A stretch of 64,000 bases of DNA from Lepidodermella squamata (taxonomy: Eukaryota; Animalia; Gastrotricha), in contig JBLDXI010000028.1 in NCBI GenBank assembly GCA_047495785.1, forward strand, positions 62,001 through 126,000. The letters run 5' to 3'. The notes beneath the pieces were generated by a model. It did no database searches. It was not told the origin of the DNA and saw only the letters and a list, made by a program, of their open reading frames with translations. The position numbers and the translations under genes were made by a program. Below are positions 13,001-25,600 of the stretch, one piece after another (within the stretch, counting starts at the first letter, position 1; each line of letters begins with the position of its first letter).

Positions 13001-15969
13001 GCCCGAGTCGAGGCCGAAGTGCCGCGAGGCGACTGTCGGTGAGCTGCTCGGCGCCGGTGGCATCTTGTCGCTGCGGTGAGTGTGATGGTGGTGTTGATGG
13101 TGGTGCTTGTGGTGTTTGTGGTGGTGTTTGTGGTGGTGGTGGCGGTGCTTCGGGGGCTTGCCGCTGCGGCCCGAGTACAGACTCGCCGAGCCGATGCCGC
13201 CTTTTTGCACCGGCTGCTGCAGCTGCTGTTGCTTTTTACTGCTGCTGCTAGCACTAGCCACTAGCGTTTTGTTGTTGTTGTTCGATTGTTTCGGCTGTTG
13301 ATTTCGGTGGTGTTGCTTTCGTTTCGCCTTGCTTTGCTGCTGCTGGGCTTTCGAGGCGGTGTTGGAGGCAGAAGAGCCACCGCCGCCGCCTCCGAACAGT
13401 TGGTCGAGGCGCTTGCGACTGGCCGACACCTGCTTGGCTTGCTGCAGGCGCAGGCTCTCGACGCTGAGCGAGGGCGGAAGACCTGATATAGATTACAAAA
13501 ACCAGAATTAATCGAATGGCGGACGGAGAAAATCGATAAATTGCGATATAGATGTAAACATCGGAGCTCGGAGCCCTAATATTAGTAACAAGTAGCGGAT
13601 TCCCAGCCGCGGAATGTGTGGATCACGATCACTTACTAATTGACTGCAGTTGTTTGGCCGCAAATTCTGTGAAATTTGTCAACACCTTGCGAAAACTGTG
13701 CATCCAGGCACGCGCTCCTAATTATTACGGGCGAATCACACGCTATAAACTGTGTGTAGGTGGCTGTTAATCACACGCCCAGCCGCTCAAGCACGAAAAA
13801 ATGACCGTCTGTAGCTAATTAAACTGGGTCGCTTTAACTGCTAGCAGTTTCGAACACTTTCGCTGGAACGAAAAAGCTAGAAAAGCCAGCTAGCTTGAAC
13901 TTGGAAATGTCACCGAATTAAGCAAAAAAAACGATGTCGCACGGATCAGTGGGGCTCAATTTTGCGCGCGGCTTATTACCTATAATTGAATTATGTCCTG
14001 GATTATGCGACGACGTATGATATGCGATGTCATTTAGATAAAAAAAAATACACGGCATCATGAGGATGAGCTACATAGTTGTAGTGTAGTAGTACCTGGC
14101 TGAAAGATGACGCCGTCTCGAACGGCGTAGAACAACGGCGGCGTGGCGTCGTAGTTCATGATGGCGGACTGCATGAGCAGCCGCGATGAGTTGACCGACG
14201 CCGCATCCAGCTGATGATGCAGTTGATAGCCTGCTGCTGCTGTTGGGGCGAACATGGCCTCGGGGCGAGGCGTGCGCGGCACCGGCGAGTCCGTATTCAC
14301 CGGGTTCACCTGGTTGTGCCGCAGCACCGGCGACATCGACTGCGGCTGCTGCTGGCCATTCGCCTGGCCATCCAGCGGCAGCGTCGTCGGGTGCGGCAGC
14401 CTAGTAGCCGTAGTCGACGATGAAGAAGATAGGCGGGTTTTCGCCGCCACCGTTGCTGCAGTCACCGAGCCGTTGCACTCAACCGCTGTGCAGCGAGACG
14501 ACGCCGACGACAGCTTGGTGATGCGCGTCGAGGCGCGCGACCGGCCCGACCGCGACGACGAGCCGTTCGACGCCTGTTTCGCGAGCGTCGACGACGTCGG
14601 CGAGCGCAGTGTCGCCGCGTCCTCGTTGCCGCCCGTCGTCGTGAAAATCTCCTCGTCGTCGTCGTCGTCGACGTCGTCGCTCGTTGTCGTCGAGCCGCGG
14701 CTCAGCGTGTTGTTGCCGTTGTTGCCGTTGTTGTTGCTGTTGTGCAGCGTCGATGAGGCGTCACGATGCCTCGCGTCCTCATCGCTCGTGTTCTCCAGCA
14801 AGCCTGGTATTATTTCGGAGGAGAAAAAACAATGAACTTATGAACACAATGAGTTCACAGGCAAATTGACCTGACCTAATGGCCTGGATCTGTACGCCTA
14901 TAATTTGCGACATAGTTACACTTTTTCCTTCCCGTTTTTTCATTCTACAAAATTAATACTCCTACTTTCGCGTGTTATCGATTTCATCACATTGATCGGA
15001 AATAATTAATTTCACTAATAAAACCGTGATTCAAGAGTGCCCACTGGAATTCCCGAATCCTAGATTTTTAATTATTTGTAACAGCAGCTCATAATCGGAA
15101 TTGTAAAATGTGAATGCGCGTATGGATCATGATTTTCAATTAAATCGCTTATAATAAGGAGAATACCTACAGTGAAAGTTGTCTAAACCGGACAAAGCAG
15201 GCAAGGAAAATAGTCAGGATTATCTTAAACCAGACTATAGGACACAAAATAACGTAAAACATTTGCATAAATTTGAAAATTATGAGACGACTCGGCAAGA
15301 TGCTTGCAGTTTTCTCCGAATCCGAATAAAATAAAAGCCGGAGAGTTTGACCTTAAAGTCGGTCCGGGTTAGACGAAGACTAGTCCGTTTTAGAGACAAT
15401 TTTCGCAGTACATAAAATGGAGCATTTTATAGAAAAATTCTATGAATAATTGAACTGCAGCTCCCAAAAATTTCAGACGCTAACAACTTTCAGCAGAATA
15501 AATTGCCACATTTCAGCAATAAAAAAATAACCTAGTCAATGAAATGTGCATTTGTCTGGAACTGTTTTATATCTATAAAATGTCTAAAATTGTTTTGACA
15601 GAATTAGGTATCTAAAATAAAATTGAATGAAAAAACGTATGTAAAAAACATACAAGTTTCATCTTCGAGGCTGTACAGATTGGAATCTGACGACTGGCCG
15701 ACGTTGCTGTAGCTGCCGTTGCTGGTCGACGGCTGCACGGGGCCGCCGGGCGACAGGCCGTTGTATTGATGACAATTGACACTTGTCACGACGATTTGTC
15801 CGTTGCTGCGATGGTGCGACGATGTCATCATCGTCGTCGGCGTCGTCGCCGTTTGGCCGTCCGTCACCGGGCTGGCGTCGCTGAGGGGCAGCGAGGCGTG
15901 GCTGAGGCCGTAAACGCCCTGGTCCACCTCGTCGTCTGTTAAATTGACTAGCAAATCAGCCGCACTCAT
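10027..15969 (-). CDS. KSR-family (RAF-related) pseudokinase, 7 exons, ~1188 aa
   Basis: Exons 15969-15654, 14803-14096, 13482-11981, 11409-10934, 10853-10487, 10289-10209 and 10143-10027, all phase-consistent. Kinase domain motifs IPFADLEFG, GRWYGSV, LRHDNVALFMGA, GMGYLH, YLAPE, DVFAFGT and LIEDCW..RP match KSR. C-terminal RRCSSVP is a 14-3-3-type site. Confidence 0.85.
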
Positions 15970-18931
15970 ACTAATCGTAGTAGTAGTAGTAGTAGTCGTG
16001 TCAGCTGAGGATGATGAGGATGATGGTTAGGACGATCGAGCAGATTCACCGTCCAGTCCATGAACAACACAAACGAAAAACGAGGCGAACACGGGGCAAA
16101 ATAAAAACAAAAGGGTCTCGCCTATATAAATGGGTAAAGAATAATAACAGCAATTAAAATACTAGCTGGTATTACTCATAATAATAATAATAATAATAAT
16201 AATATTAGTATGAAAATAAGTGTTTGAAAGAATTTTCAGCTGTCGCTTGGTTTTTTCTTACTGCTACTGCTACTGCGCTTGCTGTCGTCGGTAAATAACA
16301 GGCGATAGACGCTTAAATTTTGTCGCTCGGTATTACAGCAGCAGTACCCGGTTGTATAGTAGCAATCGCCAGTATAAACATCAGGAGCAGCAGCAGCAGC
16401 AGCAGCAGGCAGTCATGCGTCGCCATCATCGTCATCGGCACGAATATGTTGTGTGCATGCGAAAAAAACGCGAGCGATATAATATTATATGCTAATACGT
16501 GCGGGCGCGCGCGCATTATTTCGCATGTTGTGTGCGTGCGAACGAGTCGACGAGAAGGGCCGCTCGTTCACCGATCGATAGTCCTGTGCGCGCATACTAT
16601 ATATATATATATATATATAATACACACGACGTATAATATTATGAGAGCGGGATTTTATTTTTTTGCAGCAAGCGGCGGGAAAATCGATGCGGCGAGGCCT
16701 GGGCGCCGAGACTCGCTTTCCGCATCGCCGCATCACCAGGCCACCCCCCTGCCCTTGCCGTCAATAAATCGCCGCCGCCAAGGCAGAAACACAGCGCAAA
16801 TCGCCTGGCGACGCCGCCGCTTTGTTTTCGACTCCTCGTTCGTTCGCTTTTTTGCAACCGCTAATTGCTGTGTCATCAGCGTCATCAGCGTCGTCGTATA
16901 CAGCGCGCTCGCAGCATCGACCATACATCGACCATCAATCGTCAACCATGCAGCATCACCTCGAATTGCAAAAAATGAGCGATTGCGCACGACGAAAAGG
17001 TGTCATTTTCGGGGAAACGCTCGCGCATGTATCGGGAATTTAAAATCAAAGCGCTAATAGCCGCGAGGCTATTTCGCGATGCGTGTATTTGAACCCTAAA
17101 TAGAGCAACGGAAGTCAGCCGCCGAGCGTAGGATCTAATGCGCATCCGGTGATTTTTTCTGTTCACCGACTGAGCGAAATTTCTCGGAATAACTCGGCAA
17201 TGTCAAACACTCTCGATGAATCATTTTGTTAGCAAAATAATAATGATGATAAATCATTTCGTAAACATTCGCTATAACTCGGCTCGAATATATTATCGAG
17301 TCTACATGAAATCCAGCTTCCATCGTGGCTACCTATTATCACCTGCGACCTATCACGCATCCTGTTGTCAAGCGAAAACGATTAGTCGTCTTACACTAGA
17401 ATATTTACAGATTATATGAAAAATTGCCGAGGTTCGTAATTTTGGACACTAGATTAAAAGTTCGCAAGGACTGTTCAAAACAGGCTGAGGCGCCAAGATG
17501 GACAAGATGTCGAGTCCGTTTGAGTGTTTGTTCATGAAATTTGCATCAATTTAATGATTTACGACTTGTTTTCATGCTTATGCATTTTTGAACACCGATA
17601 TGAGACAAAACAATGCTTCCTTTGTTTTTTCGTCTGTTCGCTTGTGCGCATGTGTTTGCCGGCGGCTAGCCACTCCGCCCCCGGGCATCTATTGACTATT
17701 GTCTATTGGTAGGTCTGTTGGTGCCTAGTCGGTCGATCTATCGATTCCTGGCGGCCGCGTTTTTTTTTAACATCACTCATCCAGTTGATAAGCTATAAGA
17801 GAGAGCTTATATAGGCTTAAAGGAGGAATGAATTTCTCCCGTCATCTTTACATTCTTTATTCTTTCTTCTTTGTTCTCGCGATGAGCCTGCCAAATAACC
17901 AAAGATATCGATCGAATTAATTTGCTACTCGATGGATTTGCGATAAAAATAGCTCATCTTAATAGGGACATCTTTAATACTAAAATTGCGTATCAGGTGA
18001 GCAAAAAAAGCAGAATGTGAAAACATAAAAGTCGGCGCGATTATCAGAAATAAGGGCGCGGATTTGAGCGGATTTGCAAAACATTTTTTTGTTACTGCAA
18101 CGGGTTTCGAATTCCAATGCTTTCTAATACCTCTGCGAGCCAATTATTGACACGTACTTGACGAAATTGATTAGGTATATTCGAGTGAGAGAGAGCGAGA
18201 GGAGGGCGCGCGTTTTTTCATTTTTTATTGTCGCACATATTGACGGAATGTGTGCCAAATTAGAGCTGAACAAATCTTGACACAATATCCAATCATCAAT
18301 CGAAAAATCGCCACTCGAAATCATCACGTGGCGAAATTTTCATAAATGAAAGATAGCTAAATATATTCTACCTCCGTAATAGCTAAATAAACCGCAACTG
18401 GAGAATCACGGACCCTAAAAAATAGGTAATATGTCAAATTCCTCAGTGCGAAGTTGAACAGCTGTTGATAAAAGTATCAGAAATCCGACGACATAACCGT
18501 GAGACATGTCCCTTTCAATTGCTGCTGTTTCACAAAGCTGTGAGCTGCAGATCCGGCACAACCCTTCATATTCACTGACAAGCCAATTATATTATAGTCA
18601 TTTCTTCCGCATTTTATTGAATAAAGAATACCTACTATAATATAACACGTATATAATTATACAAAAGATGCCAAGCTTTGCTTTTGTTACACCATGTTAA
18701 TATACTTATATGCAACAACAACAATGTTGGAATTAAAATAGCTGTTTATTGATCGATTGATTGATTGATTGATTGGAAAAATAAAGCTATAAATAGTAAT
18801 AAAGTATTATGAGGCGCTTTGCTTAGGCAAGCGTGACGAGACGATACGAGGCGCGATGACGAGAGATGAGAGAGAGAAATTTCAAAAATTCAAGACTAAT
18901 TTGTGTGGGTGCCGACGACGACGACGCTGTG

Positions 18932-19405
18932 TCACAGCTTGACAATGTCGTCATCGTCACTGCTGTCGTCGTCGTCGTCGTCGCCGCCGCCGGCGTTGTT
19001 GAGCTGGTTCGAATCGCCGCCGAGGACCATGGCGGACAGGCAGCCGAACTCGCACTGCTTCTGCGCGCGGTCGCAGCCGAGCGCCTCCGAGCCGCACGCC
19101 ACAAAGTCGGCGTAGCACGACGTCAGGCACGCCGCTAGTTGCCCGTCGTTGTCGTCCGAACCCGCCGCCGCCGCCGTCGCCGCAGCCACTTGTCCTTCAC
19201 CGTCGTCATCGCCACTCAGCAACAAGTCGTTATTCGCATTGTCACCCAGCACAGCTAGGTCAAAGTCGTCAAGGTCGTTATTGTTATTAGCATTATCGTC
19301 GTTGCTGTTCTCGACCAGGTAGACGGGCGCGGCGGCGGCGAGGGCGACGAAGAGTATTGCCGCAACAGCGGCGCCACGGCGGTTCCAGCCTCCAGCTCTT
19401 GACAT
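18932..19405 (-). CDS. orphan secreted acidic protein with 6-Cys motif, 157 aa, single exon
   Basis: Hydrophobic signal-like N-terminus (AVAAILFVALAAAAP), Asp/Asn-rich flanks, CX3C-X6-C-X6-C-X6-CX3C core, GC3-rich codon usage like neighbouring genes. Confidence 0.7.
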   Translation of the reverse strand: MSRAGGWNRRGAAVAAILFVALAAAAPVYLVENSNDDNANNNNDLDDFDLAVLGDNANNDLLLSGDDDGEGQVAAATAAAAGSDDNDGQLAACLTSCYADFVACGSEALGCDRAQKQCEFGCLSAMVLGGDSNQLNNAGGGDDDDDDSSDDDDIVKL

Positions 19406-22400
19406 CGTCTTCTTTCAACAAAGCCTAATAAGCCTATCGGGATAGTAAGAAAACAAATCTGATTGATAGCAAAAAAGCCGAGAGGCGTATAGTGGGCTGA
19501 TTGAGGATGATTACTGACTGTCGCGACACCCACTCAATTCTTCTTGCATAAATTACGCGCGCATGCACTTTTCATGATTTTTCAACTTCTATTTAATGAC
19601 GAATGAGTATTTCAATGGCAATTTTTCAACAAATATTCCGCGCAAAAAACATGCTATTTGGAGGGAGGGGTGAGAATGGCTACTATAATTATGATTTGAA
19701 AATTGGTTCAAGCCTTAAATGTTGCGAGAGAGCGATGAGGCTTCGAAAATTTGCAGTAAAAATGTATCGATTAATAAATACTACGAATGAATGAACGAAC
19801 GAATGAATGAATGAATGAATGGCAATGTTAATAGCTCTTCGATTGACCCCATCATCAGAGTGGGAGGTAGTCGTTGTTGTCCTTGCACTGCGTTGTTTCC
19901 ACCTCCTCGTCGTCATCATCATCATCATCATCACAAAGCAAGTAGTTATAATACTTGAAAATTGTTAAATTCCATGCAATATTCATGACTGTGAGCGTCG
20001 TGTCAAAGTGCACACCCGTGAAAACTGAAGCCTTTGTGAAACGTCATTCGCCATCAGATGATGATTATGATGAGGATGAGGATATTGAGGGTGAATCTTT
20101 TTATGTGCGGTCGGTCACTTTGATGGCTTTTATACAAGCGCGCACAAAGTATCATATCAAATTTATAACATTATTTTAATTTTAAATTCTATATTAGGCA
20201 AGCGATTTTTGGCAAGATAACGCAGTTTGTTCTCGATATGCGATGCCTATTAATCCAGCAGAAGCCACAAAAACCATATACACCATAGCATGAAATTTTG
20301 AGAATTTCGACATCGAAAACACAACAACACGGATCAAAAGTTTGAAGTTTGAATGCTGAAAACAAAGCGCGTACAAATTATGGAGTGCCTAATTATAGCG
20401 TCTAAATAAAAAATATTGTATTGGGCGCCATTCATAAATTGCGACAAATTAATTCTTGGCCGAGCGACAAGATCTCGCGGTGTCGCTATCACTGCTCAAC
20501 CATGCGTGGAACAAGCTAGCGATCGGGAGGTAGACTATCGCATTCACAAAATCGGCATCGACCGTGGGTGGCGGCAGTTTTTTAAAACGATCTCGGTATA
20601 CACACGTATAAGCAATCAATTACGCACGGCAGCCTCTCGGAAAAGCGACTCACTTTTCAGCTACCACACAAGCGTAGCGCTTTCACGCTAATACTACTTT
20701 CGCGAAAATCACAGCCGTCCCAGTTGACGAGCATTAGATTATTATAGCGGTTAAACTGGTTAAGCCTAGAAGGAATTACGGAAGACACTGTCTGTGTGTA
20801 GTAAATTTCCAGCACATCATCGTGGCGCGTGAGAGGAAGGTCAAATTTTGCCGGCAATCGAGGCCGCGCGCACGCACAGGAAAGACGCGCGTTGACGAAG
20901 CGGAAAAACATACGCGAGTCGTCAATTTTTATTGTTTTCACTGCGCCCGCGCGCTGTGTCGCCATATGCCATCTCTGGCTAATTAGGCGCCTTTGCATGG
21001 CGCTAATGGCCGGCCGGCCACGCACCTGAGTATAAGAATAGCGCGCACCTGAGACTCACTCGTTCGGAATGGCGAGAAAATAAACTGCGTGAAACTGGGA
21101 CTGCACATTGCCGTTGTTATCGCTAAGTGCTGCGCGCCCCCGATTCGACGTCACTGAATCGATTGACTCAATGACAAATCATCGCTTTTTTATCCGGCGA
21201 CTGATGGTCATCGTCACCATCATTTTACACCGGCGAGTCATCAATGTGCAATGTGACTCATTTGCGGTTGTTGTAATTAAGTGACACAGGAAGGAAGCGC
21301 ATCGAAGCGGAGTGAATTTCGGAAAAACGTCATTCTCTTTTGCAAGCCAAAAGTGCGCCAGCGAAAACGGACCTGATTAGTCCAAAAATATACCCGATTC
21401 GAACTCCTTACATTGCAATGAAACCATTTTCTAGTATAGACGTTTAAAAAAATGTCTCGACGGAAGTGTTCACCTATATTAACGGCTATATAACGCGAAA
21501 ATTATTTGTCATTTGTTAAAACGCATTTCGGCGAAATTCCTGTATACACGTTTGCGGCTATAAATAAAAAACTCATTCGCCGGGGAAAATATTATATAGG
21601 TTAATGAGGCTAAGTGAAATGCATCCGGAATGAAATTGAAAAAAACACACGATAGCCACTTGTTGCAACACTTCAAATGATGTGATGAATAATCCGTATT
21701 TTTGTAATTGTTCGCAACTATATTATATCAGGATATAATCGTTCGGAAATATGAAAAGAAAATTGTACGCAGCCGGTAGGGATACAATAGTAGCCGGTAG
21801 CGAAGTCCGTGGCCGTGGGTGTTTTGGTACAAGCTAATAAAATCGCAGCAGCTTTCACGCGATTTCTAATTCTCACGGGTAATTTTATTCGAGCCACACA
21901 CAATACAAGCAATGTGTCACTGCCGTCCTAATATCGGCCGTCGGCCGTCCACGAAAGAAGAAAGAGAAATAATTCGCGAGACGCCTATAATTTTTCTCAG
22001 CTTCAATCGACACGCCTCGTCAATTAATCTGAATGTCCTCATCGTGAGGGCGCAAGTTCGCGGCTTTGACAAGGCGTCAGTTTTGCTTAAAAATGAGAAC
22101 TCACGACCATGCGATTCGATTCCCGGTAAACTTTTGAATGTCGCACAGACGGCAACTTGTCACGGCCGCAATTTTGAACCTATTTTCAAGTCAACTGCCA
22201 GAAAAAATACAATGGACGTGCCTGAAGTGTTCTGAATTTATTCGCACTGCCCGTGGCCGTTGGTGATAACAGCGTGTCTCAAAGACTCCCACATCTGTTC
22301 CCAATGATCAACACGTTTTTATCCACTAGGCCAAACTTTGAGTGATTTTTTCCCCGATTCCGGCCACTAGTACAGTTAATTTCGATCGTAATTTCGAAAC

Positions 22401-22611
22401 ATCGACGCCGGATAATAAAAGCAATGACTTTGTACTTTTCTGTCGAGTTTTTATTACTGTTGAAAAAGTGCACGTCGATAGATAAAGAATCGATCATGAT
22501 AATATGGCGGTGCGAGTTGATACGGTATAAAATAACGTTGCATTTTGTTGAGAAGAAGAAGATGATGTTGATGTAAAACGAGGTAGAGGATATAGGCAGG
22601 ATATACTGAAA

Positions 22612-25600
22612 TCACTGGTTGTTGAGCACATGAATTGCCATGCTGACGTTATTGTGGTGAGCTGCACCAGGCGACGATCTAGCACTGCCGCCTATGTTGT
22701 TGTTGTTGCTTGTGGAGCCTAGCAAATTCGAACCGGAATTGCCAGCTGCCGATGTGAGGCCGAGTCGGCGAGCCGTTTTGCCTCGCCTCGCCAGCAACTG
22801 CAGCAGCTCGGCCGCTTCCGAGTCGCGCTGCGCCCCGGCCCAGTCGTTCAGCAACGGCAGGTACAGCTCGCTGGCATCGCCTACAAAATCAATTCAGAAA
22901 ACTGTCAACAATAGTCAACAAAAGTTAGCGATAATCCCTGAATTGAGTTGAAATAAATTCGCTTCTAAAATGTCCTCAACATGGTGTGATTAGTGAAACT
23001 GTGGGATTGGAGCAAAAAATGGTGTTATCTCCACTGATGTATCTTCAAACATGACAGTGAAGAAGAGAATAGGGCTTTCGGCATTGACTTGTTGTCATTT
23101 TTTCCAACATGGAGAAACAACCCTCTCGACATATTCTCAATTCAGAAGAATGCAAGCTCTACTGATCAGTCAGATCGCAAGGATTGGATTGACAGTGCCA
23201 GGCGACTTCATTTCAGTGCCCCGAATGTGGATTCTTCAAGATGTCGCATATACTTATGTGATTATGTGATTAAAACAAACGTACCCAATAGGACGTGATG
23301 GCCGGCTGGCCAGACGAGAGCAGCCGAGCGTAGCAGTTTCAGCAACACTCGCCGTTCCGTCACCAGACCACTGCCAATGTTGTTGCTGCTGCTGCCTATC
23401 GCATCGCAGCCTTCTGCTGTTGCAGCCCCGTAGCAGCCGCCCCACGACGACGAAGCAGTTGCTTGCTTACTGTTGCCACTGCCACTGCTACTGCCTGCGA
23501 CGACGACGTTGTTGAGCAGGCGAGTGGCGAGGCGTTGCGGCAGCCGGGTGGCGAAGACGCGGCCGAGAGCGCGCGGCGACGACACCACCACGCCCGCCAG
23601 CAAGTCCAACGCAGCGCCCGCCAGCACACGGCAGTTCTGAAAAAAAGTAGTCATTCACTATAGGTAGCCCAATACTAAACAAGCACTTTCATGGCTAATG
23701 TAATCTAAATATATGCGCACGACTCCTTAGCATTTCCGACTAGTTTGCTTGAAAATTCGAAGATTCGCGTTTTTTGGCTCGGCTAAGAAAGGTTTGAAAG
23801 TTGCGACCTGGGCAAGCAGGCCAGATTCGTTAGAAATAAACTTACGGCGTCGAATTTGCCAGCTGATTGGCCTCCCGGCTGGTGGTGTTGCTGTTGCAGC
23901 AAATCGGGCATGAACCGCGCCGTCAGTTCGGCGAGGGCGAGCACGTCCTGAGCCGGCACGACACTTGGCATCGCCGCTGCAAACTGCTGTTGCTGCTGCA
24001 GCGTGTCGCTAGAAGCTGCTGCTGCTGCGACGAGGTTGCGGCCGAGCCTCAAACACGCGATCGCCGCCAGTGAAGCGTGGCCGCGCTGTTTCGCCAGCGC
24101 CGACGAGATGCTGCCTGGCCAAGACGCGCCCGTCGCCAGCGTCAGCAGCGTCGTCGCCACGATCGGCAGCACGCCGGCCGCCGAGCAACACGCCACCGCC
24201 GCCCGCCTGCTGCTGCTTTGACCATCGTCGAAGTGCGCCGAAACCGCCGCGAAATCGAGCAGGGCGGCGAGTTCTTCGAAGACCCACGGCTGCAGATCCG
24301 CGTTGTTGCTGCTGCTGCTGTTGCTGCTGCTGGGTTGGTTCTGGCTGGCTGCGTACGCCGACGCCTGGATGCGCTGAGCCAAGGCGACGATGCGCTGCCA
24401 CAGACGCGGCGATGCGAACAGCCGCCGAGTTGCGACACCACTGCTCGATGCTGATGCTGCTGCTGCTGGCAAGCTCTGTTGCAGGGCGCACAGGCAAGCG
24501 ACGGCTCGAATGCTCGCCAGCGTCGATTTTGCGTGCGAGGCGCCACAAGTCGCCCCTACCAGCAACAGTTCTTCAAATTTGTCCAATGCGGCTTCACTGC
24601 CTGAAATCATTCAAGACAAATCTTAATCTTTCATGCTCATCTTGGGAGGAAAAAAATAGAATTGATCTCGAATACTATTTCATGAATTAAAATGTACATA
24701 TCATTTTTGAAAGACAGAGTTCCAGGAATCCATTAAACACAAATCTATATCGATAGCTCATGTGTTGGAACCTCACATTTATGGTTCAAATATTGGGTAT
24801 TCCCTTTGCACGGACATGGTCACTAGCTACAAACAATGCTCTTTCATTGGTTCCCGTACCCTTCCATTTCAGGATTTAGTTTCAACCAATTTTTTTCCAT
24901 AATATTTATCAACAGCAGTTCTCACCTTCAACCTTAAATTTGTAAGGGAATTCACTTTTCCTCAATTCTGTGCTTGCGTCCAAAAATGGGAAAATCGAAA
25001 AAATCAAAATTAATTTTGAAAACTGTTCTCACCTTCAAACATGCCATTTGAAACGGCTGATTTCGTGGCGTTATCGCACCGAGCAGCAGCCGCGCACAAC
25101 AGCTGCAGCGTGACGGCTCCGACATGGCGCTGCGACGGGGTGGAACCCGGTTCCAGCAACACACTGACCGCCAACATGGGCGCCATTTCCGTCAGCATAA
25201 TCGCCGGGGTGCTCAAGCGCGACGACTCGACTTTGCCCACCAAATCATGCTGTACGACGGCGATGTGGAACCGACACAGTGCCTCGGCCAGTTTCGGCCT
25301 AATCGACTGCGAACACGCGGCTAGTAGCTGAGACGACAGCGCCATCAGTGTCCTGAGTGGGGCGATCAAGCCAGCCGGCCATCGGGTTGCACTCGCCAAA
25401 CTCGTCAAAGCAGGCAGCAAATTTCTGGCGACGCAAATTGCCAATCGATCGATTTTATCGACTTCAATCGTCACATTCTCGGGTAGAAAATCGACGAGGG
25501 CTGACATGGCTGATTCGAGCCACTCAATTTCGCACTTGAAACACTTCAGGAACGAACCAACCAGCCCTGACAAACTGCAAGACAGCGCGATTAAATCGAA

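Noticed and set aside
10837-14835. Long + strand ORFs antisense to the KSR-like gene (also those opposite RBM24, Rieske and stomatin)
   Set aside because: Shadow ORFs expected from very high GC3 codon usage, with no independent motifs.
16320-17057. 245-aa + ORF
   Set aside because: TTG start, runs through (TA)n and (CAG)n, no protein-like features. Probably the upstream region of the KSR-like gene.
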